Of a stretch of DNA of 64,000 nucleotides, positions 29,184-38,020 are shown piece by piece (the first letter of the stretch is position 1; every line of letters starts with the position of its first letter). The DNA is from an uncultured Gammaproteobacteria bacterium (GTDB lineage: Bacteria; Patescibacteriota; Microgenomatia; UBA8517): the NCBI GenBank assembly GCA_964568925.1, contig CAZMSJ010000001.1:1115-65114 (forward strand), in the 5' to 3' direction. The notes under the pieces are model-generated. The model was not told the origin of the DNA. It saw only the letters and a program-made list of their open reading frames with translations, and did no database searches. The position numbers were made by a program, and so were the translations under genes.

Positions 29184-30641
29184 ATGAGATTTCGTCTTCC
29201 AACGTGGTTACTTCTTCTGTTTATTGGTATCTTTTTGCTTCGTATACCATCACTCTTTGAACCCTACTATTACGGTGACGAAATGATCTATTTAGTCTTA
29301 GGTCAAGCAGTTCGTCGTGGGCTTGTCTTATATAAAGATGTCCATGACAACAAACCACCGTTGTTGTACTTTGTTGCAGCTATCTCTGAAAACCTCTTCT
29401 GGTTCCGTGCCATTCTTACCGCCTGGGTTATAGCCAGCACCTTTCTCTTTTGGAAACTGGCCAATACCTTCTTTCTTAAAAACAAACGAATCGTAACGGT
29501 TGCAACAATCTTTCTTGCAGTTTCCTCAAGTCTTCCTATTTTTGAAGGGCACATTGCAAACGCAGAACTTTTTATGATGCTGCCAACGCTTGGTGCGTTT
29601 TTGGCTCTTTCGACACAAACAACAAACAAGAGACTCATTATTTCAGGGCTCATGTTGTCTGTTGCTGCTTTATTTAAAATACCAGCAGCCTTTGATGCCT
29701 TTGCGCTTCTTGCTCTCATTGTGATCAATGAATATGAAAAGAAGTCACCATCACTAAAAAGAATTGTGCTGTCTGTTTCTCTTTTCTCTGTAAGCTTTCT
29801 CTTGCCACTGGCTGCAAGCGTTCTCTATTACGTTTTAAAGGGGGCTGGGAGTGAATACTTGGTGGCAGCATTCCTGCAAAACATTGGATATGTGTCTTCA
29901 TTTAGACCACAAGACAAGGTAGAACCTTTTTGGGTTAAAAATGCACCTCTCCTGATCCGCTTTGGACTGATGAGTCTTTCAATTGGGGTTTTGTTTTTCC
30001 TGAAGAGGAAACTCTCGAAACCATTTGTCATTTCCTTCATATGGCTTGCAACCTCATTATTTGCAATTACATTGTCTGAGCGACCATACCCTCACTATTT
30101 TATTCAAGCAATCCCAGCCATTGCACTATTAATTGGACTTCTTGTTGCAAGCAAACGAATGGAGCAGGCATATACCGTTATTCCTCTCTGGGCAGCCAGT
30201 ATCGTTTTGCTCTATTACCATTTTTGGTATTATCCAATTCCACCAGTCATGACACGATTTGCCTCACTTGTAACTAGAGAGGTAAACACTGAGTCATATC
30301 GAGCAAGCTTTGGAGAGAATGTAAACCAGACCTATCATCTGTCTCAATTTATACAAGAAACGATTCAACCAAATGAACGTATTTTTGTATGGAAAGATAG
30401 TGCACCGGTATATGCATTGTCCAGGCACTTGCCACCAAACAAGTACACAGCGGGATATCATATCGATGATTTCTCTTCTCCTGAGAAAACACTTGAGATG
30501 CTTACAAAAGAGAAACCATCAGCCATCATTTTATTACCAAACGCACCAACCATTCCAAATCTTTCAACACTGCTTTCTAAAGAATATTACCTTCTCCAAC
30601 AAATAGATGGTGCAGAAGTGTGGAAAAAGCGTACCTCGTAG
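29184..30641 (+). CDS. GT39/GT83 (ArnT/PMT)-like membrane glycosyltransferase
   Basis: YYGDEMIYLVLGQAV...KPPLLYF loop-1 motif and >10 TM helices. Confidence 0.5.
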   Translation: MRFRLPTWLLLLFIGIFLLRIPSLFEPYYYGDEMIYLVLGQAVRRGLVLYKDVHDNKPPLLYFVAAISENLFWFRAILTAWVIASTFLFWKLANTFFLKNKRIVTVATIFLAVSSSLPIFEGHIANAELFMMLPTLGAFLALSTQTTNKRLIISGLMLSVAALFKIPAAFDAFALLALIVINEYEKKSPSLKRIVLSVSLFSVSFLLPLAASVLYYVLKGAGSEYLVAAFLQNIGYVSSFRPQDKVEPFWVKNAPLLIRFGLMSLSIGVLFFLKRKLSKPFVISFIWLATSLFAITLSERPYPHYFIQAIPAIALLIGLLVASKRMEQAYTVIPLWAASIVLLYYHFWYYPIPPVMTRFASLVTREVNTESYRASFGENVNQTYHLSQFIQETIQPNERIFVWKDSAPVYALSRHLPPNKYTAGYHIDDFSSPEKTLEMLTKEKPSAIILLPNAPTIPNLSTLLSKEYYLLQQIDGAEVWKKRTS

Positions 30642-30653
30642 TACAATAGGGAG

Positions 30654-31007
30654 ATGAAAAGAATCTCAGTCCGCTTGATCTCTCACAAAAAAACAGTGGT
30701 TACGATCCTTGTGGTGAACCTCACGATGATACTCACGGTTTTCCTTTTTGCTCGATATCTGCCTCCAGAGGTACCATTGTTTTTTGGCCGTCCAAGTGGT
30801 GCAAGTCAACTCGTGTCCTCATCAAGCTTAATTATTCCACCGCTGTTGGCCATTGGCTTAATTGCAATCTGCACCGGAATCAGTCAACTTTTGAAAGATG
30901 AGTTTATCGATAATATGATTGTAGGGATATTAACCGTTGTAACCCTGCTTTCAACTCTCGCGATTGTTAATATTTATCATCTTGTGGCAGTTATACCATT
31001 TTTGTGA
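30654..31007 (+). CDS. Small polytopic membrane protein (117 aa)
   Basis: Three predicted TM segments. Translationally coupled to the next gene. Confidence 0.3.
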   Translation: MKRISVRLISHKKTVVTILVVNLTMILTVFLFARYLPPEVPLFFGRPSGASQLVSSSSLIIPPLLAIGLIAICTGISQLLKDEFIDNMIVGILTVVTLLSTLAIVNIYHLVAVIPFL

Positions 31008-32083
31008 ACCAATACTTTCTACTACATATCGTTTTGCCTTTTCTGGTAACAGCTGCGATCTCATATGCAGTAACACCTCTTGTTATCTCTCTTGCATGGA
31101 AAATAGGGATTATCGATGATCCAAAAAAAAGTAGTCACCCAAAAACGATACATACGAAACCAATTCCTCGTGGGGGAGGGCTCGCCATTGGGATAGCGCT
31201 CTTTGTGGCAAGTCTTATCTTTCTTCCCTTAAATGGTCATTTAAAAGGCATCCTGTCTGGAGCCCTCATTTTGGTTGTGATGGGATTAATTGATGACAAG
31301 AAGAACTTAAATCCGTATTTAAGGCTACTTGTCCAATTTGTAGCAGCTGCCTGTCCAATTATTGCTGGTATCGGTATTTCCTATATATCAAACCCAACAG
31401 GAGGAATCATTGACGTATCAAACCCACAACTATCATTTGAGTTGTTTGGACAAACAAGAACGCTCTGGATCTTGTCTGATCTATTTGCTCTTTTGTGGAT
31501 TGTTACATTAATGAACTTTATAAACATGGGAGCCAAGGGGGTAGCAGGGCAGCTAACCGGAGTTGTCATGATCGCAGCACTCTTTATTGCAGTCCTTTCA
31601 CTTCAATACTCAGCAGACATTGCTGAGTGGCCAGTAACGATTCTCTCAGCAATTACTGCTGGTGCATTTGCTGGCTTTTTACCATTCCATGTAGAGCCAC
31701 AAAAAATTATGCCAAGCTTTGCCGGCAGCAACCTCGCAGGTTTTATGCTTGGAGTGTTATCTATTTTAACAACGACAAAAGTCGGGACACTGGCAGTGGT
31801 TTTAGCTGTTCCGTTAATTGATACTTTCTACACGGTTATTCGACGAATACTGCAAGGCAAATCTCCCGTCTGGGGGGACCGAGGTCATTTGCATCACAAA
31901 CTCCTTGATCGTGGATGGAGTACCAATCGCATTGCATATTTTTACTGGGCAGTAACAGCAACACTTGGAATAGTGAGCTTGTATTTGAATACTGGAATGA
32001 AGTTACTTACAATACTCCTAATAGGGGTAACCTTAGCCATCTTCCTTATATGGATTCAATTGAAAAAACGATCTTCGGATTAA
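31004..32083 (+). CDS. Polyprenyl-phosphate N-acetylhexosamine-1-phosphate transferase (MraY/WecA family, GT4)
   Basis: IIDDPKK...H near the N-term, LMNFINMGAKGVAGQ resembling the NxxNxxDGxDGL motif, and 10-11 TM. Confidence 0.6.
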   Translation: MNQYFLLHIVLPFLVTAAISYAVTPLVISLAWKIGIIDDPKKSSHPKTIHTKPIPRGGGLAIGIALFVASLIFLPLNGHLKGILSGALILVVMGLIDDKKNLNPYLRLLVQFVAAACPIIAGIGISYISNPTGGIIDVSNPQLSFELFGQTRTLWILSDLFALLWIVTLMNFINMGAKGVAGQLTGVVMIAALFIAVLSLQYSADIAEWPVTILSAITAGAFAGFLPFHVEPQKIMPSFAGSNLAGFMLGVLSILTTTKVGTLAVVLAVPLIDTFYTVIRRILQGKSPVWGDRGHLHHKLLDRGWSTNRIAYFYWAVTATLGIVSLYLNTGMKLLTILLIGVTLAIFLIWIQLKKRSSD

Positions 32084-32985
32084 TACGTGTTGCTCGACCA
32101 GTACACTGGACAAAAAATATTGCCGTGTTTGCTGGTATTGTTTTTGCAGGACAATTATTTGAGAAAGCCCAAATGACACGTGTGATTGAAGCCTTCATTA
32201 CGTTTTGTTTGGCTTCCAGTGCAACCTATGTAATTAATGATATCCTAGATCGAGGTCGTGATCGTATGCACCCGATTAAGAAGCATCGACCAATTGCATC
32301 AGGTGTCATCTCAATTCCACTTGCCTTGGCGTTTGCCTCGGGCCTCGTTTTGTCATCACTGTTCTTAGCCTCAAGAATTTCAGATCTCTTTACCTTCATG
32401 ATTTTAGGTTACCTTCTGTTGCAAGCGGCATATTCACTCTATTTAAAGCACATAGCGGTTGTAGACATTATGGTTATCGCGACCGGCTTTGTATTACGTA
32501 TCTATGCCGGAGCCTACATCATCGATGCACATCTCTCTGTTTGGTTTTTATTGTGTGTCATTTCAACTGCATTGTTCTTGGCATCAGGAAAACGAAGAGC
32601 AGAGCTCGGTGCAATAGGGGCAACTGGAGAAACAAGAAAGAGTTTAGTGGGGTACAACAAAGAAGCATTAAATTCCTATGTAACGATGTTCGGCAATGCG
32701 TCTTGGATGAGTTGGGCACTCTTTACCTTTTTTGAGTCACCACGGGCGAGTGAGCCATTGGTTTTGTTCTTGTCTGAAATTTCAAGAACAACAACAATTA
32801 ATAAATTACTCATGATCACAATACCTGTGGCCATTTTTGGAATCATGAGATATCAAGGACTGATTTCAAGTGAGAGAACTGAGGCTCCTGAAAAGATACT
32901 CTTAAAAGATGTGAGTTTAGTAACTGCAATCGCTATCTGGGTAGGAATTGTTTTAATTGTCTACTACGGTGGAGTTACTGGATAG
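32050..32985 (+). CDS. UbiA-family prenyltransferase (decaprenyl-phosphate phosphoribosyltransferase-like)
   Basis: NDILDRGRDRMHPIKKHRP is the Asp-rich UbiA motif. 8-9 TM. Start taken at MDSIEK to avoid overlap. Confidence 0.6.
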   Translation: MDSIEKTIFGLIRVARPVHWTKNIAVFAGIVFAGQLFEKAQMTRVIEAFITFCLASSATYVINDILDRGRDRMHPIKKHRPIASGVISIPLALAFASGLVLSSLFLASRISDLFTFMILGYLLLQAAYSLYLKHIAVVDIMVIATGFVLRIYAGAYIIDAHLSVWFLLCVISTALFLASGKRRAELGAIGATGETRKSLVGYNKEALNSYVTMFGNASWMSWALFTFFESPRASEPLVLFLSEISRTTTINKLLMITIPVAIFGIMRYQGLISSERTEAPEKILLKDVSLVTAIAIWVGIVLIVYYGGVTG

Positions 32986-33796
32986 AAGCAGAGGGTGAAC
33001 TATATTTCTCCTGAATCCACCCTGAAATCTCCTGAGAATATATCTTAATAAAAAGGTTTTTCTCATCTCGATCAAGCACTTCAACTTGTTTTCCTGAGGC
33101 TATTTGTCCAACTTCCTTTGCATACAGGTTAGGTGATTCATAGACCTGGACCTTGCTTCCAGGTGCCTTTTTTATAACAGCAAATGAGGTCTCCTCTGAT
33201 CTAACAAATACAGGGGAGGGGGAGGACAAGGCCGACAGCTCTACATAAACTGTTAAGTCATATCCTGATTGTGCTTGTATATCTACATTTTTGACTTCAA
33301 AATCATCTCTCTTGATTGCAATGGTGTGAACTCCAGGAGTTGTAACAAAGCGAACTGGAAGCCTTTTCGGTGAATTTCCATCCAAAGAAACTTCGGAATC
33401 TGCAGGTTTTGTGACCACCGTAATACTAGCCTCAGAATTGACTTTTTTCTGAAACGATATGATCTCGGTTGAGGTTAAATACGTTTTTTGAGAAAACTTA
33501 TGTCGCACAATAGTTTTAACTTGGGGAGTGAGGGGGAGGGCTACTTCGTAGGGGAGGAGCTGGCTGTCTTCAGCTACTAACGTTAATGTTTGTGTTGTTG
33601 TTTCAAGGTCTGTTGCCTCGTATGGTGTCATCCCTTTGTAGACCCCGTTTAGGTATACCTTGGCCTTCACACTCGTTGTAACGGTAACCCCAGCCCGAAA
33701 ACCCGAAGAAAAACCTATAACATAAATGAGGATTGCTGCAGAGGCAATAAGAGGGATACCACCCAAGAGAAGAGTGCGACGACGTAGTAGTGTCAT
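32975..33796 (-). CDS. Membrane-anchored PEGA-like/beta-sandwich domain protein
   Basis: N-terminal TM, then KAKVYLNGVYKGMTPYE (PEGA-like) and repeated beta-rich modules. Weak assignment. Confidence 0.3.
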   Translation of the reverse strand: MTLLRRRTLLLGGIPLIASAAILIYVIGFSSGFRAGVTVTTSVKAKVYLNGVYKGMTPYEATDLETTTQTLTLVAEDSQLLPYEVALPLTPQVKTIVRHKFSQKTYLTSTEIISFQKKVNSEASITVVTKPADSEVSLDGNSPKRLPVRFVTTPGVHTIAIKRDDFEVKNVDIQAQSGYDLTVYVELSALSSPSPVFVRSEETSFAVIKKAPGSKVQVYESPNLYAKEVGQIASGKQVEVLDRDEKNLFIKIYSQEISGWIQEKYSSPSASIQ

Positions 33797-34006
33797 GTAT
33801 CAAAGTCTAGCAAAGCGCGTATCTATTCACAAACAACCCCACAACACGTTTTCGGTATTTCTTTTGCTTAATCATAATCACTCTCCATTTGTTACTGATA
33901 AATATGTCTTATAATTATACTTTCTTTTCACGCACACCCCATATTTCTTTCACGTTAGTTATCCACAATTTCGTTCTCTCTCCCCTTCACCTGTCCTACA
34001 TGCTTT

Positions 34007-34801
34007 TTGTACCAAGGTTCTGTGCATTCATGTAGAATAAATACACATATGTATTTGTTTGAACTTGCCCTGGTTGTTCTGTCATTCCTTGGAATCCTTG
34101 GTACTCCAATTTATCTCTTTTTAAGAAGCAAGATGGTAAAAGCAGACTTTTCTTACTCGAAAAGACATATATTTAAGGTAGTTTTGCTGCATTTAGCCAC
34201 AATGGTAGCGGTTACCCTCCTCCATGCAATGATTCTCCTTTCAATGCTTAATACCAAAGAATCAATCTCACCAGTTAAATTACAGTACTTTGTAGCTCAA
34301 ATTATCTTGCTAGCTGTCGCCCTCTATGGTGGTGGCATGTATGTAACCTGTATCCTCGTTGAACACTTTGCAGCTCCGAACACGAAAGATGGTCTTCTCC
34401 TTAAAAAAACACTGAGACTGCTGCATGGCCCTGCAAGTCATTTACTCTTTGAATTGGCTTATTTGCTTGCCTTCTGGAACATAGCAGCAATACAGCAAGA
34501 TTTACTCCTCCCAGGTACTCCTCCACTCTTTCCCTTCTTTAACTTGTTAGGTATTGCAGTTGGTGCAGGATTTGTTTTTGCAACAATTGGGAATGGCACG
34601 TATGTATTGTTTCTTTTATGTGAAGTATTCCTTCTCCCCTTCTGCTGGTCTCTCGTTCAAAACACAACAAGCGGAGGAGTGTACACCTGGGGGTTTATGA
34701 CTGCCTCAATAACGGGAGCACTGGCTTTTATAACAATAAGAGCACTCTTGGGCAAAAAGATACTCCTCTATCAACCAATAAACCTGTTTGAGCGAAACTG
34801 A
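34007..34801 (+). CDS. Polytopic membrane protein, hypothetical
   Basis: Seven to eight hydrophobic segments. No motif recognised. Confidence 0.35.
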   Translation: MYQGSVHSCRINTHMYLFELALVVLSFLGILGTPIYLFLRSKMVKADFSYSKRHIFKVVLLHLATMVAVTLLHAMILLSMLNTKESISPVKLQYFVAQIILLAVALYGGGMYVTCILVEHFAAPNTKDGLLLKKTLRLLHGPASHLLFELAYLLAFWNIAAIQQDLLLPGTPPLFPFFNLLGIAVGAGFVFATIGNGTYVLFLLCEVFLLPFCWSLVQNTTSGGVYTWGFMTASITGALAFITIRALLGKKILLYQPINLFERN

Positions 34802-34814
34802 AGAGATGTTTCTT

Positions 34815-34890
34815 TGGAGGCCAGAGCGGGAGTCGAACCCGCGCATAACGGTTTTGCAGACCGTCGTGTTAACCACTTCACCATCTGGCC
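34815..34890 (-). tRNA. tRNA-Cys (GCA) with encoded CCA end
   Basis: Reverse complement folds as a 76-nt cloverleaf: GGCCAGA acceptor, anticodon stem ACGGT/ACCGT with loop CUGCAAA, T-arm GCGGGTTCGACTCCCGC, and a 3' TCCA. Confidence 0.8.
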
Positions 34891-34944
34891 GAAAAACACG
34901 TAAGACTATTGTACCAGAAATGCTGCTTAATCAGCTAAAAACTT

Positions 34945-34955
34945 GTGATATAATC
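34945..34955 (+). promoter_or_regulatory. Extended -10 promoter element TGaTATAAT
   Basis: Directly upstream of the stem at 34959. A divergent minus-strand TGgTACAAT lies at ~34900-34910 for tRNA-Cys. Confidence 0.4.
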
Positions 34956-34958
34956 CCC

Positions 34959-35072
34959 GGTAGAGTCGAGCCAAACCTGTGAAGTCCTGGATTCCTTGCA
35001 CTAAAGAACGAGACGGTCCCCCTGGCACCTGGCATACCTCGAATTACCCAACGTAAGTGAGGCTCGACTCTC
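34959..35072 (+). ncRNA. Candidate structured 5' leader or small RNA (long-range 11-bp closing stem) upstream of zinc-ribbon gene
   Basis: agagtcgagcc at 34961-34971 pairs perfectly with ggctcgactct at 35061-35071. Starts ~5 nt after the extended -10. No known RNA family recognised. Confidence 0.25.
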
Positions 35073-35110
35073 ACTTTACAACACACTCCATTATCCTGTA
35101 TAAAGACTCT

Positions 35111-35350
35111 ATGGAAGAGACACAAAATCCAAAGATTAAATTCATTTGTCCAAACGATGGTGAAGTTTCCCAAGACGATGTTGTGTTTCTCTGTAACGTC
35201 TGTTCAGCTGATCAGATTAAAGAAGTTGATGGTCTCTATATCTGTAAGCAATGCGAAAAGACAGCAAATCCCCTTGAATGTCGTATCTGTGGTTCTAAAG
35301 ATGTGAAGATGCATGCACCTCACATTGATCTTCCAACAGACAAGAAGTAA
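35111..35350 (+). CDS. Double zinc-ribbon mini-protein (80 aa)
   Basis: CPNDG...CNVCS and CKQCEK...CRICG give two CxxC...CxxC pairs. Start chosen at MEETQ. Confidence 0.45.
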   Translation: MEETQNPKIKFICPNDGEVSQDDVVFLCNVCSADQIKEVDGLYICKQCEKTANPLECRICGSKDVKMHAPHIDLPTDKK

Positions 35351-35393
35351 CCCCTTATCTTTCCTTTCCCCCAACTCTTTGCTACAGTGAGCT

Positions 35394-35861
35394 ATGGAAG
35401 AGAAAACAAAACAAGAAGAAGCAAAACAAGCACCAAAGTATCCGCCACAAGAAATACGTGTTTTCCCTTCTGAAAGTAGTGAGATAAAAGCAAAAGTAGA
35501 AGGATACAACCACTTACGAGATAGGCTCAGGGTATCAACCCCTCAGGAAGTTATAACGAATACTGACAAGGATAAAGAAACAGAGAAGTTCATCCGTTTT
35601 ATTCGAGAATTAGCAACCAGTGGTGAGGCAAATCAGCAAGAAATCCTTGGAAGGATAAAAGGTAAAGGAGATGAGGAGTTACTAGGTGTTGTGAGTGAAA
35701 TTGTTCACGGTTTAGATGTAGATGCCCAAGTAGCTCTGACACAGGGACAGCAATTAGCAGCAGAGAGACAGGCACAAGTTCAAATGGCAACACAAACAGA
35801 ACAGCCTAAAACCATATGGGAGAAAGTAAAAAGCAAACTCTGGACACAAAAAGCTGCATAA
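35394..35861 (+). CDS. Hypothetical acidic/coiled-coil protein (155 aa)
   Basis: ORF with a terminator immediately after. No family recognised. Confidence 0.35.
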   Translation: MEEKTKQEEAKQAPKYPPQEIRVFPSESSEIKAKVEGYNHLRDRLRVSTPQEVITNTDKDKETEKFIRFIRELATSGEANQQEILGRIKGKGDEELLGVVSEIVHGLDVDAQVALTQGQQLAAERQAQVQMATQTEQPKTIWEKVKSKLWTQKAA

Positions 35862-35866
35862 AAAAA

Positions 35867-35891
35867 GGCCAAGGATAAAATAACCTTGGCC
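35867..35891. terminator. Bidirectional terminator
   Basis: ggccaagg-ataaaataa-ccttggcc flanked by A-runs on both sides, between convergent genes. Confidence 0.55.
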
Positions 35892-35904
35892 CTGAAAAAG
35901 AAAC

Positions 35905-36222
35905 CTATTGAGCGAAACCATATTGTTTAGCAACCTTTAAAGCAAGCTCGAGTTCTTTCATATCATCGGTTGTTCCCCGAGCAGCAATATCACGGAGTTG
36001 CGTGATCTTCTTTACAACAATCTTACTTGCATGTGTTGAACGAGGGTTCACATCAAAACGAGCTTTAAATCTTTCAATCATCAGTGTCTCCTCTGCACTC
36101 TTTCGTGACTTTGCACGAAGAACAAAAACAAAGAGGACAACTGCAAAGAAAAGTACTACTGGCACGGTCATGATATTTCCTTTCCTTAAACTCCCTTGTG
36201 CAAGATAGTGTAAATATAACAC
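35905..36222 (-). CDS. Small membrane-anchored protein
   Basis: MTVPVVLFFAVVLFVFVL TM then a charged tail. Confidence 0.3.
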   Translation of the reverse strand: MLYLHYLAQGSLRKGNIMTVPVVLFFAVVLFVFVLRAKSRKSAEETLMIERFKARFDVNPRSTHASKIVVKKITQLRDIAARGTTDDMKELELALKVAKQYGFAQ

Positions 36223-36261
36223 GAAGTATTGTCTTTGTCAAGCCTTTTGTCTCCCCTAAAC

Positions 36262-36290
36262 TTGACTTTTACCCCCTTTTTACATATAAT
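36262..36290 (+). promoter_or_regulatory. Consensus sigma70 promoter TTGACT-17-TATAAT upstream of M23 peptidase
   Basis: cttgacttttaccccctttttacatataat. Shares the 12-mer ttgacttttacc with the promoter at 22495. Confidence 0.5.
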
Positions 36291-36371
36291 TGAGTTCTCG
36301 CTTAAGGTTATACTTATGCGATTTTTGTTGTCTCTTAAACCTCGGGAAACCTGCTCCTGACCGGGGACACT

Positions 36372-37082
36372 ATGAGAAAACTCACCCTCAATCTGCCCCA
36401 AGGGTACCGTATCGACCTTAAAATGGTTAAAGTACGGGACGTTGCCCTCGTGGCCGAACCTTTTATTCCCCGAGTTCGACACATTAAAGCCTGGAAGAAT
36501 GGAAATAAAGTCTCCCGTATCTTCCGCCACATGTTTGAGCACAAACGCCTAAATCGCGTGCTTGGAACCAATTTGGCAGCTGTAGCCATTGCGACTTCCA
36601 TTTTGCCTCATGCTGGGGCTACCTCTTTCGTTGAAACGAACCCAGAAATCATTAGTATGGTGACCTCAACCATGAAAACTGAGCACGGACTACAAAACCC
36701 GTTGGCTACTATTAAAATTAACCAAGGGTTCTTTAGCTACCACCCAGGAGTTGACCTTGGAGCCCCAACTGGGACCCCGGTTAAGTCTATTATGGCTGGA
36801 CGTGTTGCCGTCGTTCTCCACGTAAAGTATGACTACGGAAACCACATTATTATTGACCATGGAAATGGTATTACCTCTTTGTACGCTCATTTGTCTAAGA
36901 CATTTGTAACTGAAGGGCAAACGGTTAACCTTGATACCGTTATTGGTGAAGTTGGTTCAACTGGGCACTCAACAGGGCCTCATTTGCATTTGGAAGTACG
37001 AAGTTACAACAAGCCATTAAACCCATTTAGTGTGTTACCGTTGAAGGGATCAGGCTCAAACTTCACTTCGATCCTGCAGTAA
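36372..37082 (+). CDS. M23/LytM-family peptidoglycan endopeptidase
   Basis: HPGVDLGAP...D and YGNHIIIDHGNG...GSTGHSTGPHLHLEV are the HxxxD and HxH zinc-ligand motifs. Confidence 0.7.
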   Translation: MRKLTLNLPQGYRIDLKMVKVRDVALVAEPFIPRVRHIKAWKNGNKVSRIFRHMFEHKRLNRVLGTNLAAVAIATSILPHAGATSFVETNPEIISMVTSTMKTEHGLQNPLATIKINQGFFSYHPGVDLGAPTGTPVKSIMAGRVAVVLHVKYDYGNHIIIDHGNGITSLYAHLSKTFVTEGQTVNLDTVIGEVGSTGHSTGPHLHLEVRSYNKPLNPFSVLPLKGSGSNFTSILQ

Positions 37083-37791
37083 CCACAATGTCCCATTTGC
37101 TGTCTGTAGACAGCGCTTTGCCAACCTCAACTGAATAGTCTCGAGAAAGAGACTTTTTAAGGATAGCAACCACATCAGCTGAGACTTTGTCAGTGGTTTG
37201 GATAATGGTGTCAGTGTAGTTAAAACTTGAAGCGTTTCCTGTGGTACCTACCTTAAACCCTGCATTTTCAAGCAAAGCCTTAATCTTGCCAGCTCCCCCA
37301 ATCTGACCACTTCCATTTAAAACACTTACTTTGAATGCTGCCAATACGTCAGCACTTACCGCAACAGGCGTTGGTGTAGCTGAAACAGTAGGAGTTGCTG
37401 AAACAGTTGGGGTACTGGTTGGTGTAGCCGTTTGGGTTGGTGTTTCTTGCTTTACTCCTGTTACATATACATACACCCCACCAGAGATAAATCCGACAAC
37501 CAATGCAGTGATAATCGTTATCACAAAGAGAAGCTTCATATTCATCTTGTCTTGTGACACTTCAGTGTGACCAGTCGTTATTTCAGCAAGTAACTCTTTG
37601 GCTCGATCATGACTAACTTCTTTCGACACAACCTCTGGAGTTTCTTTGTGATGATGCACATGAGGTGCTTCTTCTTCAACATGTCGCTTTGGCATCTCTG
37701 GAGGAGAAACCACAACTTCTTCTTTCACTGAAGGGCTATCTTCGACAATTTCTTCTATAACAGGACGAATCCTCCGCTTTGTTTCGGGCAT
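37063..37791 (-). CDS. LytR_C (cell-envelope-related attenuator C-terminal) domain protein with Thr/Pro linker
   Basis: TM, then TQTATPTSTPTVSATPTVSATP linker, then VSVLNGSGQIGGAGKIKALLENAGFKV. Confidence 0.5.
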   Translation of the reverse strand: MPETKRRIRPVIEEIVEDSPSVKEEVVVSPPEMPKRHVEEEAPHVHHHKETPEVVSKEVSHDRAKELLAEITTGHTEVSQDKMNMKLLFVITIITALVVGFISGGVYVYVTGVKQETPTQTATPTSTPTVSATPTVSATPTPVAVSADVLAAFKVSVLNGSGQIGGAGKIKALLENAGFKVGTTGNASSFNYTDTIIQTTDKVSADVVAILKKSLSRDYSVEVGKALSTDSKWDIVVTAGSK

Positions 37792-38020
37792 ACCTCATTG
37801 TATAGAAAAATAACTCTCTTTGACAACGGGAAAACAAAAAAATCTCCCCGACATGGTGTCCGGGGAGAAAACTCCTACCATTTGCGAATCTTTTTTCCAC
37901 TCTCTTTCAGAAGTGCGACCCAGGTCCCACATTTCTTTGAAAGGGTGATACACGTTTCAACAACATCACGAGTACCAAATTGTTTTTTCTTCACAAGGAA
38001 ACTCCTTCTTTATTAAAAGG

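Noticed and set aside
31915-32049. Long N-terminal extension of the UbiA-family ORF overlapping the MraY-like gene
   Set aside because: The extension is hydrophilic and out of character. MDSIEK at 32050 immediately precedes the first TM helix and removes the overlap.
33958-33966. Isolated perfect DnaA box TTATCCACA
   Set aside because: It is a single 9-mer. The expected chance frequency in 64 kb on both strands is about 0.5. No clustering and no replication-gene context.
34900-34945. tmRNA-like tag-ending sequence (…aat gct gct taa) near tRNA-Cys
   Set aside because: There is no tRNA-like domain (no GGTTCGAATCC T-loop, no acceptor pairing) and no upstream resume-codon context. It is probably chance.
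34959-35072. SRP RNA / 6S RNA / RNase P RNA identity for the structured leader
   Set aside because: No GGAA tetraloop with AGCAGC/GGUGCUG domain-IV motifs was found, and no P4 GGAAAGUCCGG...ACAGAANCCGGCUUA motifs. The length is inconsistent with 6S or RNase P.
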